Made by a program: the position numbers and the translations under genes. A DNA stretch of 64,000 nt from an uncultured bacterium. GTDB taxonomy: Bacteria; Cyanobacteriota; Vampirovibrionia; Gastranaerophilales; Gastranaerophilaceae. The notes under the pieces were generated by a model. It was not told the origin of the DNA. It did no database searches and saw only the letters and a list, made by a program, of their open reading frames with translations. Positions 47,315-57,185 of this stretch are shown in pieces. The number at the start of each line of letters is the position of its first letter. The stretch's first letter is position 1. Location: assembly GCA_902794035.1 (NCBI GenBank), contig CADBFN010000001.1:21599-85598 (forward strand), written 5' to 3'.

Positions 47315-48385
47315 TTAAAATAAGCTTTGCTGGCATGTATTGACCGATTTATAACCTAAATGCCTGTATGTTTCAGGTGTAACTTTACGTCCTCTCGGGG
47401 TACGCTGCAACAAACCGCATTGAAGCAAATATGGTTCGCATACATCTTCTAAAGTTCTTGAGTCTTCACCTATTGCCGCCGCAATAGTTTCAATACCCAC
47501 AGGACCGCCGTCATATTTTTCAATAATAAGTTTTAATAAATTTCTGTCAGTATTATCAAGACCAAACTCATCTATCTCCAATATATCAAGAGATTTATTA
47601 GCAATATCTTTGGTAATTTTACCATCATTTTTTACAATTGCATAATCACTCACACGCTTTATGAGTCTGTTTGCTATACGAGGAGTGCCTCTTGAACGCT
47701 TTGCAATTGCATAAGCAGATTCCTGATCAATATCAATATCCAAAAGATTTGCCGTTCTTGTTATAACTTTTGATAACTCATCATCAGAATAAAATTCGAG
47801 CCTGTGAATAATCCCAAACCTATCCCTCAACGGACCTGACAATTCACCGGCTTTGGTTGTCGCTCCAATTAACGTAAATTTTGGAAGCGGAATACGCAAA
47901 GTCTTTACTGTCTGCGCTTTACCCGTAGTCATATCAAGATAAAAATCTTCCATTGCAGGGTATAAAATTTCTTCTGCAACTTTATTCAGACGGTGAATTT
48001 CATCTATGAACAAAATTTGATTTTCTTCTAAGGACATCAATATCCCGATAATATCACGGGGTCTTTCTAATGCGGGTGCTGAAGTTATTTTTACGGGAAC
48101 ATTCATTTCATGTGCAATAACCCCTGCCAATGTAGTTTTTCCCAACCCTGGAGGTCCGTAAAACAACAAATGATCCAAATTTTTACCGCGTTTTTTTGCT
48201 GCCTCTATAGTTATTTTCAAATGCTTCAAAAGATTTGACTGACCTATATATGAATCAAAATCAACAGGTCTGATACTGTTTTCAAAAACTCTGTCAGTAT
48301 CACTCTCATAAGGTTTTACAACAGGATTTTTCTTCTCCTGCGACTTCGCATTTATAAAATCATTATCATCTGATATTATACTCAA
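47315..48385 (-). CDS. ruvB: Holliday junction branch-migration helicase RuvB
   Basis: 356 aa with [11 protein letters not shown] and the IDEIHRL Walker B region. Confidence 0.95.
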   Translation of the reverse strand: MSIISDDNDFINAKSQEKKNPVVKPYESDTDRVFENSIRPVDFDSYIGQSNLLKHLKITIEAAKKRGKNLDHLLFYGPPGLGKTTLAGVIAHEMNVPVKITSAPALERPRDIIGILMSLEENQILFIDEIHRLNKVAEEILYPAMEDFYLDMTTGKAQTVKTLRIPLPKFTLIGATTKAGELSGPLRDRFGIIHRLEFYSDDELSKVITRTANLLDIDIDQESAYAIAKRSRGTPRIANRLIKRVSDYAIVKNDGKITKDIANKSLDILEIDEFGLDNTDRNLLKLIIEKYDGGPVGIETIAAAIGEDSRTLEDVCEPYLLQCGLLQRTPRGRKVTPETYRHLGYKSVNTCQQSLF

Positions 48386-48437
48386 AATATTACTCCCTTA
48401 AAAGAATAATAGCACAAGTTTACAGATACATCAAATT

Positions 48438-48470
48438 GATAAAACAACGAACCGACCAAATGGTCGGTTC
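48438..48470 (-). terminator. Terminator of the r-protein operon
   Basis: Minus strand GAACCGACC-attt-GGTCGGTTC-GTTGTTTTAT. Confidence 0.65.
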
Positions 48471-48582
48471 GCTTTGTATATTTTAGTTGCTCTTGGTTGC
48501 TCGCATTTAACGGGACTTCGGCTCTGCTTGTCTTGCTTGTCAGTAAGCCAACACCAGCCTGCGCCCTCAGCTCGCAATCCGC

Positions 48583-48984
48583 TTAACGTTTAGAGAATTG
48601 GAATCTCTTACGAGCTCTTTTTCTACCATATTTTTTACGTTCTTTAACACGAGGGTCTCTTGTTAATAAACCTTCTGCTTTAAGAACATTTCTGTATTCT
48701 TCATTAGCTTTAATCAAAGCTCTTGAAATACCGTGTTTGATTGCACCGCATTGTGCTACAACACCACCGCCAACTGCTTTAACTCTGACATCATATCTGT
48801 CCTGAGTTTCAGTCAAAACAAGCGGTCTATATACTAACATTTCAATAGCAGGTCTGTTGCCGATATAACCTTTTAAAGTTTTACCATTAACAAAGATTCT
48901 GCCTGAACCTTTAACTAATTTAACTACTGCGATGGAGGTCTTTCTTCTGCCTGTAGCCATTATAATATCTTTATTATCTGCCAT
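48583..48984 (-). CDS. rpsI: 30S ribosomal protein S9
   Basis: 133 aa ending ...[17 protein letters not shown]. Confidence 0.97.
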   Translation of the reverse strand: MADNKDIIMATGRRKTSIAVVKLVKGSGRIFVNGKTLKGYIGNRPAIEMLVYRPLVLTETQDRYDVRVKAVGGGVVAQCGAIKHGISRALIKANEEYRNVLKAEGLLTRDPRVKERKKYGRKRARKRFQFSKR

Positions 48985-49421
48985 TATTTAGCCTCCTTTT
49001 CAAGTACGATTGGTTTTTGAGCAGCATATGGGTGTTCAGAACCAACATATACTTTTAATTTGTTAAACTGTTCAGCACCTAATGTATTGTGTTGTAACAT
49101 ACCACGAACAGCATGTTCAATAACAATTCTAGGATCTTTTTCCATAACTTCTTTAAAAGAAGCTGTTTTTAAACCACCCGGATAACCTGTGTGGTGTAAA
49201 TAAATTTTATCAGTTTCTTTTTTACCTGAAACTACAACCTTATCAGCGTTGATAACGATAACAAAATCGCCTGTATCAACGTTTGGAGTGTATTCAGGTT
49301 TATTTTTACCTCTCAAAATGTCTGCAACACGAACTGCAAGACGACCTAAAATTTCGCCTTCGGCGTCGATTACATACCATTTTCTTTCTACTTCAAGAGG
49401 TTTTGCTGAATATGTTTTCAT
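48984..49421 (-). CDS. rplM: 50S ribosomal protein L13
   Basis: 145 aa with full-length L13 similarity. Confidence 0.97.
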   Translation of the reverse strand: MKTYSAKPLEVERKWYVIDAEGEILGRLAVRVADILRGKNKPEYTPNVDTGDFVIVINADKVVVSGKKETDKIYLHHTGYPGGLKTASFKEVMEKDPRIVIEHAVRGMLQHNTLGAEQFNKLKVYVGSEHPYAAQKPIVLEKEAK

Positions 49422-49450
49422 ATTGCATTTTCTCCATTTATTTGTTTATC

Positions 49451-50236
49451 TTAATACTTTACTTTAACTAAAGTCAATCCGTACGGACTAACTGTTTGTC
49501 CCGCCTTGCGACGGTCCTTTGCCTCTAAAACTTCAAGCATATGCTCGGGTTTCAGATTATGCCCTTCTATTTCTAAAAGGGTACCGACTATTGTTCTTAC
49601 CATATTGTATAGAAAACGATTTCCTACAATATCAATAATCACTTTATCACCCTGTCTTTCGACTTGTGCTTTTTCTATAAAACAAATCCTGCTCGGGTTT
49701 AGCGTTCCGGAGCTTTTGAAACTTGAAAAATCGTGTTCCCCGAGTAAATAATTGAGCGCATTTTGCATACGTTCCACATTTACCCCGTATTTCACTCTCA
49801 TTAAATCGCCGTCAAAAGCATTTTTATATCTTCGGTTTATAAACTCGAATCTGTAATAACGCCTTTTTGCACTTTTTTGAGCATGAAATCTTTCATCAAC
49901 AACTCTCAAATCACTGACAGATATATCATCAGGAAGTATTTCATTTAAATGATACACAAAGCTTGAAGCAACAATATCTTTGTCAGTATCGAAATGAACA
50001 ACCTGCCCTAAAGAATTTACACCTTTATCAGTTCTTCCGGAAAAGACTGTTTTAAATTGTCGGTTTGTATTTTCGGTATCACCGAATATCAATGTACTAA
50101 TCGCTCTTTCAAGTTCACCCTGTATAGTTGGTTCAATCTCTGCACCTTGAGGGTTTTCCTTACATTTACCCCCGAACTGAATTTGGCTTCCTGCATAATT
50201 TTTGCCAATATACTGAACTTTTAGAGCATATCGCAT
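49451..50236 (-). CDS. truA: tRNA pseudouridine(38-40) synthase
   Basis: 261 aa with the catalytic GRTDKGV motif. Confidence 0.93.
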   Translation of the reverse strand: MRYALKVQYIGKNYAGSQIQFGGKCKENPQGAEIEPTIQGELERAISTLIFGDTENTNRQFKTVFSGRTDKGVNSLGQVVHFDTDKDIVASSFVYHLNEILPDDISVSDLRVVDERFHAQKSAKRRYYRFEFINRRYKNAFDGDLMRVKYGVNVERMQNALNYLLGEHDFSSFKSSGTLNPSRICFIEKAQVERQGDKVIIDIVGNRFLYNMVRTIVGTLLEIEGHNLKPEHMLEVLEAKDRRKAGQTVSPYGLTLVKVKY

Positions 50237-50243
50237 CTTGAAA

Positions 50244-50693
50244 TTACACCAATTGAATTAATGCCATTTCAGAAGCGTCACCACGACGTGGTGGAAGGTG
50301 GTAAATTCTTGTATATCCGCCTTTTTGTTCAGCGTATTTTTTACCGATTACTACAAATAACTTTCTCAAAACAGTTTGAGGAGTTTTCTTTACTTCATCA
50401 GTGAATTTACCATCTGCAGGAACTTCTACATATTGTTTATCTTTAATATTATATGCCATGAAGTCACCTGTTTCTTTGTTATAAATGTATTTTGCTGCGT
50501 TACGAATTGAATTCAAATCGCCTTTTTTAGCAAGTGTGATAATTTTTTCCGCATATGGTTTCAATGCTTTTGCACGAGCCAATGTGGTAGTGATTTCACC
50601 ATGAACAAAAAGTTCAGTAGCTAAAGAGCGCAACAAAGCCTTTCTCTGGTCTTGTGCTTTTCCAAGCGTATGTTTTTTAGTTTGGTGTCTCAT
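50244..50693 (-). CDS. rplQ: 50S ribosomal protein L17 (with ~25-aa internal insertion)
   Basis: 149 aa with L17 termini (MRH..K..LG, GGYTRI..LPPRRGD). There is extra sequence at aa ~73-108. Confidence 0.93.
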   Translation of the reverse strand: MRHQTKKHTLGKAQDQRKALLRSLATELFVHGEITTTLARAKALKPYAEKIITLAKKGDLNSIRNAAKYIYNKETGDFMAYNIKDKQYVEVPADGKFTDEVKKTPQTVLRKLFVVIGKKYAEQKGGYTRIYHLPPRRGDASEMALIQLV

Positions 50694-50712
50694 TTTTATT
50701 TTCCTTTATATC

Positions 50713-50738
50713 TTGTTGGGAGATTTCCCCAACCTACA
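50713..50738 (-). repeat. GTAG-headed REP hairpin between rpoA and rplQ
   Basis: Minus strand TGTAGG-TTGGGGA-aatc-TCCCAACAA. Confidence 0.55.
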
Positions 50739-50743
50739 TTACA

Positions 50744-51715
50744 TTATCCGATTAAATCTTCTTCTTCAACAGGATTTGGAGCCAAATCCAAGCCAAAGTG
50801 ATGTAATCTTTCGATTACTTCATCAGAGGATTTTTTACCGAAGTTTTTAATATTTAATAAATCATGTTCTGATTTTTTCAAAAGTTCTGACATTGAATTG
50901 ATACTTGCTCTTTTTAAGCAGTTATATGCTCTAACAGAAAGTTCCAATTCTTCGATTGTCATTTTTGGTTCGTCTTCTACGACTTCTACTTCTTCTTCCA
51001 TTACAGGCAAAGATGCAACTGCAGGTTGTCCTGTAATTGAAGCTATCTGCATAAAGTGTTCGATAAGAAGATTTGCAGCCTGGCTCAAAGCATTTTGAAC
51101 ATCTACTGAACCATTAGACCAAATTTCAAGAGTTAATTTGTCATAATCTAATGAATCCCCTACACGAGTGCTTTCTACATTATAACTTACTCTTTTGATT
51201 GGCATAAATGTTGCATCAATAGGTAATACATCGATTGAATCACCTTTAACATCTCTAGGAACGTCATGAGCAACATATCCTTTTCCTGATTCAACAATAA
51301 CATCAGCATGGAATGAACCGCCATCTGCTACTGTACAAATTAACCAGTCAGGATTTACAACCTTAACACCTGCAGGCAACTGAATATCACTTGCTAATAC
51401 AGGACCAGGTTTATCTACATCTATTCTCAAATGTTGAGCTTCTTTGGAATCTGTTTTTACAACTAATCCCTTTAAGTTCAAAATTACGTCAATTACATCT
51501 TCAAGCACACCAGGAATAGCTGTGTATTCGTGAGTAATGCTTTCAATTCTTGTACTTGTAACGGCTGTACCTTCAAGACTTGACAATAATACACGTCTTA
51601 AAGCATTACCGATAGTTGTACCGAACCCTCTTTCCAAAGGTTCAATGACAAATTTACCGTATTGTGAACCGTCTGAATTTGTTGCTGTATCAACACATTT
51701 AATTTTTAATTCCAT
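50744..51715 (-). CDS. rpoA: RNA polymerase alpha subunit
   Basis: 323 aa with NTD and CTD (ELELSVRAYNCLKRA) motifs. Confidence 0.97.
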   Translation of the reverse strand: MELKIKCVDTATNSDGSQYGKFVIEPLERGFGTTIGNALRRVLLSSLEGTAVTSTRIESITHEYTAIPGVLEDVIDVILNLKGLVVKTDSKEAQHLRIDVDKPGPVLASDIQLPAGVKVVNPDWLICTVADGGSFHADVIVESGKGYVAHDVPRDVKGDSIDVLPIDATFMPIKRVSYNVESTRVGDSLDYDKLTLEIWSNGSVDVQNALSQAANLLIEHFMQIASITGQPAVASLPVMEEEVEVVEDEPKMTIEELELSVRAYNCLKRASINSMSELLKKSEHDLLNIKNFGKKSSDEVIERLHHFGLDLAPNPVEEEDLIG

Positions 51716-51780
51716 TATTTTAATCTCCTAGTTTTTATCTACTACATGTTTTGTAAGATTTTCTTACTTCTGGCTATTTA

Positions 51781-52383
51781 TTATTTAGAGTAGTATTCGA
51801 TTACGAGTTGTTCCTTAAGTTCAGGATCTAACTCTTCTCTTTCAGGAATTCTGTCAAAAGTGATTTTGAATTCTGATTTATCTATTGTCATCCAAGCCGG
51901 AGCGCAAGCTAAATCAATAGAATCCATTACACTTTGAACAAATTTTGAGCTTTTTGATTTTACAGTGATAACATCCCCTGCTTTTACAAGGTATGAAGGG
52001 ATATCAACTTTTTTACCATTTACAAGAACATGACCATGGTTTACAATCTGTCTTGTTTGTTTGCGTGTAATACCAAAACCTGCTCTGAACAAAATGTTAT
52101 CAAGTCTTGATTCTAATAATTGTAAAAGAATAGTACCTGTAACGCCTTTTCTTCTTGTAGCTTCATTATAGTATCTTGCGAATTGTTTTTCGCTTACTAA
52201 GTATGTTAATCTGATTTTTTGCTTTTCTTTTAAATGTAAAGCATATTCAGAAAGTTTTTTTCTTGCAGCACCATGCTGACCTGATGCAGTTTGGCGCATT
52301 GAAGAAGTTAATTTTCTGTTTGATAAATCTTTTACTCCATAATTACGGAATAATTTTTCACTTGGTCCTGTGTATCTAGACAT
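51781..52383 (-). CDS. rpsD: 30S ribosomal protein S4
   Basis: Start trimmed to MSRYTGP (ATG at 52381-52383 behind GGAGAA). 200 aa. Confidence 0.95.
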   Translation of the reverse strand: MSRYTGPSEKLFRNYGVKDLSNRKLTSSMRQTASGQHGAARKKLSEYALHLKEKQKIRLTYLVSEKQFARYYNEATRRKGVTGTILLQLLESRLDNILFRAGFGITRKQTRQIVNHGHVLVNGKKVDIPSYLVKAGDVITVKSKSSKFVQSVMDSIDLACAPAWMTIDKSEFKITFDRIPEREELDPELKEQLVIEYYSK

Positions 52384-52687
52384 TATTTTCTCCTTTTCTT
52401 TTGTCTTGGATTTTGTTGTCTCTGGGGACAATCCGTTTGCTTCACTTCATTGTCGCAAATTTTTGTCCTTACTTACTCGAGCTATGCTCTTACACAAAAT
52501 CTGCTGCAGGGCTTCTATGGTTTGGGGATGGACTAAATCCTCAAGCCCCCGCGTTTTAATACTTTACCCGCCTTACAATCAAAGATTGCTTAGTTCGCTT
52601 CATACTCATTTCGCTCACAACGGCGGTTGTATAATGTTTCGAGCCCGACTCATTCCGCTACCGCGAATCGACACAGGCTCACGCAAA
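52384..52687 (-). promoter_or_regulatory. 304-nt GC-rich structured spacer upstream of rpsD (candidate S4 autoregulatory leader)
   Basis: Nested helices on the minus strand: GGACAA..TTTGC-14 nt-GCAAA..TTGTCC, GGGCTT..GGAT-7 nt-ATCC..AAGCCC, ACAAC-CGCC-GTTGT. Confidence 0.4.
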
Positions 52688-53074
52688 TTATACTCTGCGT
52701 TTTTTAGGTGGACGGCATCCGTTGTGAGGAATAGGAGTCACATCTTTAATTAATGTAATTTCCAAACCTGCAGCCTGGATAGCTCTGATTGCAGTTTCTC
52801 TTCCTGAACCAGGTCCTTTGATATGAACTTCAACTTTTTTCATACCTTGATCTATTGATTTTTTAGCAACCATTTCCGCTGCAGACTGAGCTGCGAACGG
52901 TGTACCTTTTCTTGCACCTTTAAATCCTGATGCTCCGGCTGTTGCCCATGCAATAGCATTACCTTGAGTATCTGTTGAAGTTACAATTGTATTGTTAAAT
53001 GTAGATTGTATATGTACAACCCCCTGCAATACATTCTTCTTTTCTTTTTTCTTTGTTGTTCTTGGTCTTGCCAT
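52688..53074 (-). CDS. rpsK: 30S ribosomal protein S11
   Basis: 128 aa with full-length S11 similarity. Confidence 0.97.
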   Translation of the reverse strand: MARPRTTKKKEKKNVLQGVVHIQSTFNNTIVTSTDTQGNAIAWATAGASGFKGARKGTPFAAQSAAEMVAKKSIDQGMKKVEVHIKGPGSGRETAIRAIQAAGLEITLIKDVTPIPHNGCRPPKKRRV

Positions 53075-53113
53075 TTTTACTTTCCTTTATTTTCTTTATT
53101 TATTCTTTAATTA

Positions 53114-53479
53114 TTACTTCTTACCTGCGATTGCAGCACCTTTTTTGCCGCGTTGAGTTCTTGCATTAGTTTTTGTTCTTTGACCTCTGCAAGGAAGTTT
53201 ACGTTTGTGGCGAAGTCCTCTGTATGAACCAATTTCCTGCAAACGTTTGATATTTACTGCAACTTCACGTCTCAAATCACCTTCAATATGATAATTTGAT
53301 AATTCGTTACGAAGTTGTTTAATATCTTCTTCAGTTAAATTATCTGTTCTTAAATCAGGAGAGATTCCTGTTGCTGCTAATATTTTTTTAGCACGAGTAG
53401 GCCCGATACCATAAATATATGTTAAGGCTACTTCCATTCTTTTGTTACGAGGTAAATCTACCCCTACTAATCTTGCCAT
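53114..53479 (-). CDS. rpsM: 30S ribosomal protein S13
   Basis: Start trimmed to [10 protein letters not shown] (ATG at 53477-53479 behind AGGAGA). 121 aa. Confidence 0.95.
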   Translation of the reverse strand: MARLVGVDLPRNKRMEVALTYIYGIGPTRAKKILAATGISPDLRTDNLTEEDIKQLRNELSNYHIEGDLRREVAVNIKRLQEIGSYRGLRHKRKLPCRGQRTKTNARTQRGKKGAAIAGKK

Positions 53480-53627
53480 TTTTTTCTCCTTTTCTTTGGC
53501 TGTGTGCAACCGAGCAATGTTGATTGATAAATATGCTCTTTACTTGCACCGGGTGTTAGATTTTTTTGGGTAAGAGGCTTAAATACTTCCTCTCCAACTG
53601 CTGAATGTGCGCAGTTCCCACTTGCGA
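53480..53627 (-). promoter_or_regulatory. 148-nt structured spacer upstream of rpsM (candidate alpha-operon leader)
   Basis: Minus-strand nested helices GTGCAA..GAGCA-17 nt-TGCTC..TTGCAC and AGAGG-11 nt-CCTCT. Confidence 0.35.
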
Positions 53628-53741
53628 CTATCCCTGGCGTTGTTTATGCTTTGGATTTTCACAAATTACGGCAATTCTGCCTTTTCTTTTGATACATTTG
53701 CATTTATCGCAAATTTTCTTTACTGATGATCTTACTTTCAT
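53628..53741 (-). CDS. rpmJ: 50S ribosomal protein L36
   Basis: 37 aa: [37 protein letters not shown]. Below the ORF-track cutoff, found by translating the rc. Confidence 0.9.
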   Translation of the reverse strand: MKVRSSVKKICDKCKCIKRKGRIAVICENPKHKQRQG

Positions 53742-53777
53742 TTTTTCTTTTCCTTTATATTTACGTTTCGTGAGATT

Positions 53778-53993
53778 CTACTTTAATCTGAATGTAATAC
53801 GACCTTTTGTTAAATCGTAAGGAGTCATTTCAACTCTTACTTTATCGCCGGGCAATATTCTGATAAAATTCTTTCTTATTTTTCCTGAAATATGAGCCAA
53901 TATCTCATGATCATTTTCAAGTTTTACCTTAAACATTGCGTTAGGCATGGATTCTATAATCGTACCTACGAATTCTATTACGTCTTTTGCCAT
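53778..53993 (-). CDS. infA: Translation initiation factor IF-1
   Basis: 71 aa with an S1-like fold sequence ([33 protein letters not shown]). Confidence 0.95.
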   Translation of the reverse strand: MAKDVIEFVGTIIESMPNAMFKVKLENDHEILAHISGKIRKNFIRILPGDKVRVEMTPYDLTKGRITFRLK

Positions 53994-54319
53994 ATATACC
54001 TCATTTTTCGGCTACTATACGCACAATAATTGTGAGTATAACAATCATACCTGCTAAAATTTTGATTGCAAGTGGTGAAAAGCAACAATTTTAAGACTTT
54101 TAACATGATTTTTGATTGACTGTTTTATTAAAGATAAGACACTTCTTGTATTCATAGGATTAGCCTGATAACCTTATAAAATGGATAGTATAAAAAATAT
54201 TGTAAAATTTTGTAACAAATTCAATTATTTAATCTTTAAAAAAGCATCAAACAAGTTATACATTTGTTAAATTTAGCATTATATTTGCAACCCCGTAAAA
54301 AACATGCTAGCATAGTTTT

Positions 54320-54856
54320 ATGAACAGAGAGAAAGAGCACGTTACCATAAAACGAATGAGAAAAGAAGATATCGATTCGATAATTGATATTGAAGCTAAG
54401 GCTTACGGTGAACACCATTGGTCAAAAGATTCATTTATGCAGGAATTAAATAACGACCTTGCGTGGTATTATTCTCTATTCAACTCAGAAAATAAACTTG
54501 TTGCTTACGCAGGAACCTGGCACATTTTAGAAGAAGCACATATTACAAATATTGCCGTAGATGCTGATGAAAGACAAAAAGGATATGGAGAAGCATTATT
54601 AAAACATATTCTTGATGATTGTTATAAAGAAAAAATAAAATATTTGACGCTTGAAGTCAGGGCAAGTAATAAAGCGGCAATAAATCTGTATGAAAAGTAT
54701 GGATTTACATCTTTTGGGGTACGCAAAAAGTATTATCAGGATAACAATGAAGATGCTATCATTATGTGGACTAAAAATATTTTTTACGATGAGTTCAAAA
54801 TACCATTTGAAGAAAAATCAAAAAAACTTGGGGAGAGAATTTTAATAAATGTCTGA
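54320..54856 (+). CDS. rimI: GNAT acetyltransferase, RimI-like
   Basis: 178 aa with the acetyl-CoA motif RQKGYGEALL. Confidence 0.75.
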   Translation: MNREKEHVTIKRMRKEDIDSIIDIEAKAYGEHHWSKDSFMQELNNDLAWYYSLFNSENKLVAYAGTWHILEEAHITNIAVDADERQKGYGEALLKHILDDCYKEKIKYLTLEVRASNKAAINLYEKYGFTSFGVRKKYYQDNNEDAIIMWTKNIFYDEFKIPFEEKSKKLGERILINV

Positions 54857-55514
54857 AGAAGTCCTTATACCTAAGATGAAAAGGCTTGACAAAAAGCAGC
54901 GAAAAATCAAAATTCCAATTAACAATTTTGTTTTGGTAATATTTTGCACACTATTAATAATTTGTGCAACATTTGTTAATATCGAGTTAAAACACTATAT
55001 AATTCCGAATGGTTTTTCATTTAACAGTAATTATTCAAACGAAGATTTTATATATGCATTCAGTATAATACCCCAAATACCTGTATTAATGTTTGTTTGT
55101 TCCTTACTGGGTAAAAGACTTGCTTTAACATGCACATATCTATATGTAATTTTAGGAATTTTTGCTTTACCTGTTTTTGCATTAGGCGGAGGCATCGGAT
55201 ATATTGCAGAATACAGTTTCGGATACATCTTGGCATTTATAATGGGGGCATATATCTGCACATTTTTTCTCGACAAAAAATATTCTTTTGTAAATATGAT
55301 ACTTGGAACAATTTTAGGTGTATGCACAATTCATTTATTCGGGATTTTGTATATGGCAATTTTAGCTCTTATTAAACAGGAAGGAATAACATTTATACAA
55401 AGCTGGATTATTCATCAGAGCGGATTAAAAATAGTATATGACATAGTTTTGAGTTTCACAGGAATTCTAATTGGTAAATATATTCATTCATTTTTACAAT
55501 TTTTATCGGATTAA
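54849..55514 (+). CDS. bioY: BioY-family biotin transporter S component
   Basis: 221 aa polytopic protein with BioY-like helices. The start may be at an internal Met. Confidence 0.75.
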   Translation: MSEEVLIPKMKRLDKKQRKIKIPINNFVLVIFCTLLIICATFVNIELKHYIIPNGFSFNSNYSNEDFIYAFSIIPQIPVLMFVCSLLGKRLALTCTYLYVILGIFALPVFALGGGIGYIAEYSFGYILAFIMGAYICTFFLDKKYSFVNMILGTILGVCTIHLFGILYMAILALIKQEGITFIQSWIIHQSGLKIVYDIVLSFTGILIGKYIHSFLQFLSD

Positions 55515-55571
55515 TATTTGATTGATAGCAAAAAATATGATAATATAATCATAAAATAGCTTGGAGGATTT

Positions 55572-56477
55572 ATGGATTTTAAAGAAATATTTACCGATAT
55601 ACCTGTATTAATCGTACTTACCACTTTTGTATTTTCAATATTGTACTGCAGTATTCAATACATCAAGGTAAATAGAAATTTAAAAAAAATTATTAAATTT
55701 ATATCCACATTTAAAAAGAATGATTTAAACTTCAGATTTAAAGAACTTGACAGCTGGATGTTATCGGATCCTTACGTTGCAAATATGTGGATAGAATTTA
55801 AAAATACATTGGTATTTTCAGAATCAGTAGCACTTAAAGACGGGGATGATTACCAATATCAAGACGTATCTTCAACGGTACAAAATGTGCAAACAACTGT
55901 TGATCCTATGTATTTTTTCAATGAAGAAGCACTTGTTACATCAAAATTTAATTATAAAATGATACTGGCAATCCCGACTATTTTAACAGGTTTCGGGCCG
56001 TTATTTACATTTATGAAAATTGCTATTGCATTTGGTATGATTGACTTTTCATCACCTGAAAAGACAATCAATTCCGTTGCAGCATTCATGCAGGGTATGC
56101 AGGCTGCAGCATTTGTATCAGTATTTGCGGTATCAACATCTTTGACATACTTACTTATAGAAAAAACTTTATTCCAACAACTATGTAAAAAACCTTTGGG
56201 TAAAATTCAAAATATCGTAGGCGAATTATTTGCAAGTATTTCATCTGAAAAATTCTTATACGAATTATTAAAAGAATCAAAAATTCAAAATAATTCAGCC
56301 GCAAATATTATCGGAACGATGCCAAAACAATTCAAAAGCGCATTTAATGAAACAATGGCTGCAAATCTGGTACCGTATCTGGAAAATCTTATTTTTGGTT
56401 TGAATCAGTTAAATAAACAAATGAAAGAAGTTGCCAAAGGGGCAAGAGGTAATGACGAAGTAGATGGATTATTCTAG
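55572..56477 (+). CDS. MotA/ExbB/ZorA-like ion-channel subunit (3 TM)
   Basis: 301 aa. TM1 at aa ~10-30. A TM2-TM3 hairpin contains PTILTGFGPLFTFM, reminiscent of the GLLGT channel helix. ~100-aa C-terminal tail. GGAGGA SD. Confidence 0.5.
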   Translation: MDFKEIFTDIPVLIVLTTFVFSILYCSIQYIKVNRNLKKIIKFISTFKKNDLNFRFKELDSWMLSDPYVANMWIEFKNTLVFSESVALKDGDDYQYQDVSSTVQNVQTTVDPMYFFNEEALVTSKFNYKMILAIPTILTGFGPLFTFMKIAIAFGMIDFSSPEKTINSVAAFMQGMQAAAFVSVFAVSTSLTYLLIEKTLFQQLCKKPLGKIQNIVGELFASISSEKFLYELLKESKIQNNSAANIIGTMPKQFKSAFNETMAANLVPYLENLIFGLNQLNKQMKEVAKGARGNDEVDGLF

Positions 56478-56489
56478 GAGAGTTTGTTC

Positions 56490-57185
56490 ATGGCTATGAT
56501 GCAAAGAAAACACAGTGGCGGAGAGGATGACGGAGGAAACGTTTTCTGGGTAACAATGTCAGACCTTATGTTAGGTTTGGCAATTATCTTTATTACCTTG
56601 TTTGTATTGGCTATGACAGGATTTAACCAAAAAACTGTTCAGCAGCAAAGAGTTAAAATGGAAGTAGCAAAAGAAATTGAAGCTGAATTACAAAAAAATA
56701 ATATAGACGCTAAAGTTGATAGAATGACAGGGGATTTAGAAATTCCATCTTCCGCACTGTTTGAAGTAAACAGTTACATTCTTAAGCCGGAAGGAAGAGC
56801 ATTCCTCGACAAATTGACACCTATATATGTTAATACAATTTTTTCAAATAAAAAACTCTCTGACAGTATTGAAAGCATAATTATACAAGGTCACACAGAC
56901 TCACAGGCCTTTGCGGGGCTGACAAATGTCAATGACCAATTTGTATATAACATGGATTTAAGTACAAAAAGAGCAAATTCGGTAGCAGCACGCATGCTTG
57001 AGGGTAAATATAAACCGGAATATAATGAAGGATTCAGAAAGATGATTACGGTTGAAGGGCGAAGCTTTAATGACTTAATTCTTGATGATCAGGGTAAAGA
57101 AGACATGGTTAAAAGCCGAAGGGTAGAAATAAAATTAAAAGTTAAAGACTGGAGTGTTGCGACATTTTTGGGGTTAAAAAAATAA
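56490..57185 (+). CDS. MotB/ZorB-like protein with OmpA-type peptidoglycan-binding domain
   Basis: ATG at 56490 preferred over the TTG at 56484. TM plug region FWVTMSDLMLGLAIIF with the conserved Asp. C-terminal GHTDS...TKRANSVA...SRRVEI. Confidence 0.75.
   Translation: MAMMQRKHSGGEDDGGNVFWVTMSDLMLGLAIIFITLFVLAMTGFNQKTVQQQRVKMEVAKEIEAELQKNNIDAKVDRMTGDLEIPSSALFEVNSYILKPEGRAFLDKLTPIYVNTIFSNKKLSDSIESIIIQGHTDSQAFAGLTNVNDQFVYNMDLSTKRANSVAARMLEGKYKPEYNEGFRKMITVEGRSFNDLILDDQGKEDMVKSRRVEIKLKVKDWSVATFLGLKK

Noticed and set aside
52620-52660. RNase P RNA P4-like string GGAATGAGTCGGGCTC in the rpsD leader
   Set aside because: It only partially resembles GAGGAAAGUCCGGGCUC. The spacer is too short, lacks the complementary P4 strand and other conserved regions, and lies inside an mRNA.
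52370-52753. 127-aa plus-strand ORF spanning the rpsK-rpsD spacer
   Set aside because: It is antisense to the r-protein operon, starts inside rpsD and ends inside rpsK. It exists only because the GC-rich spacer lacks stop codons.
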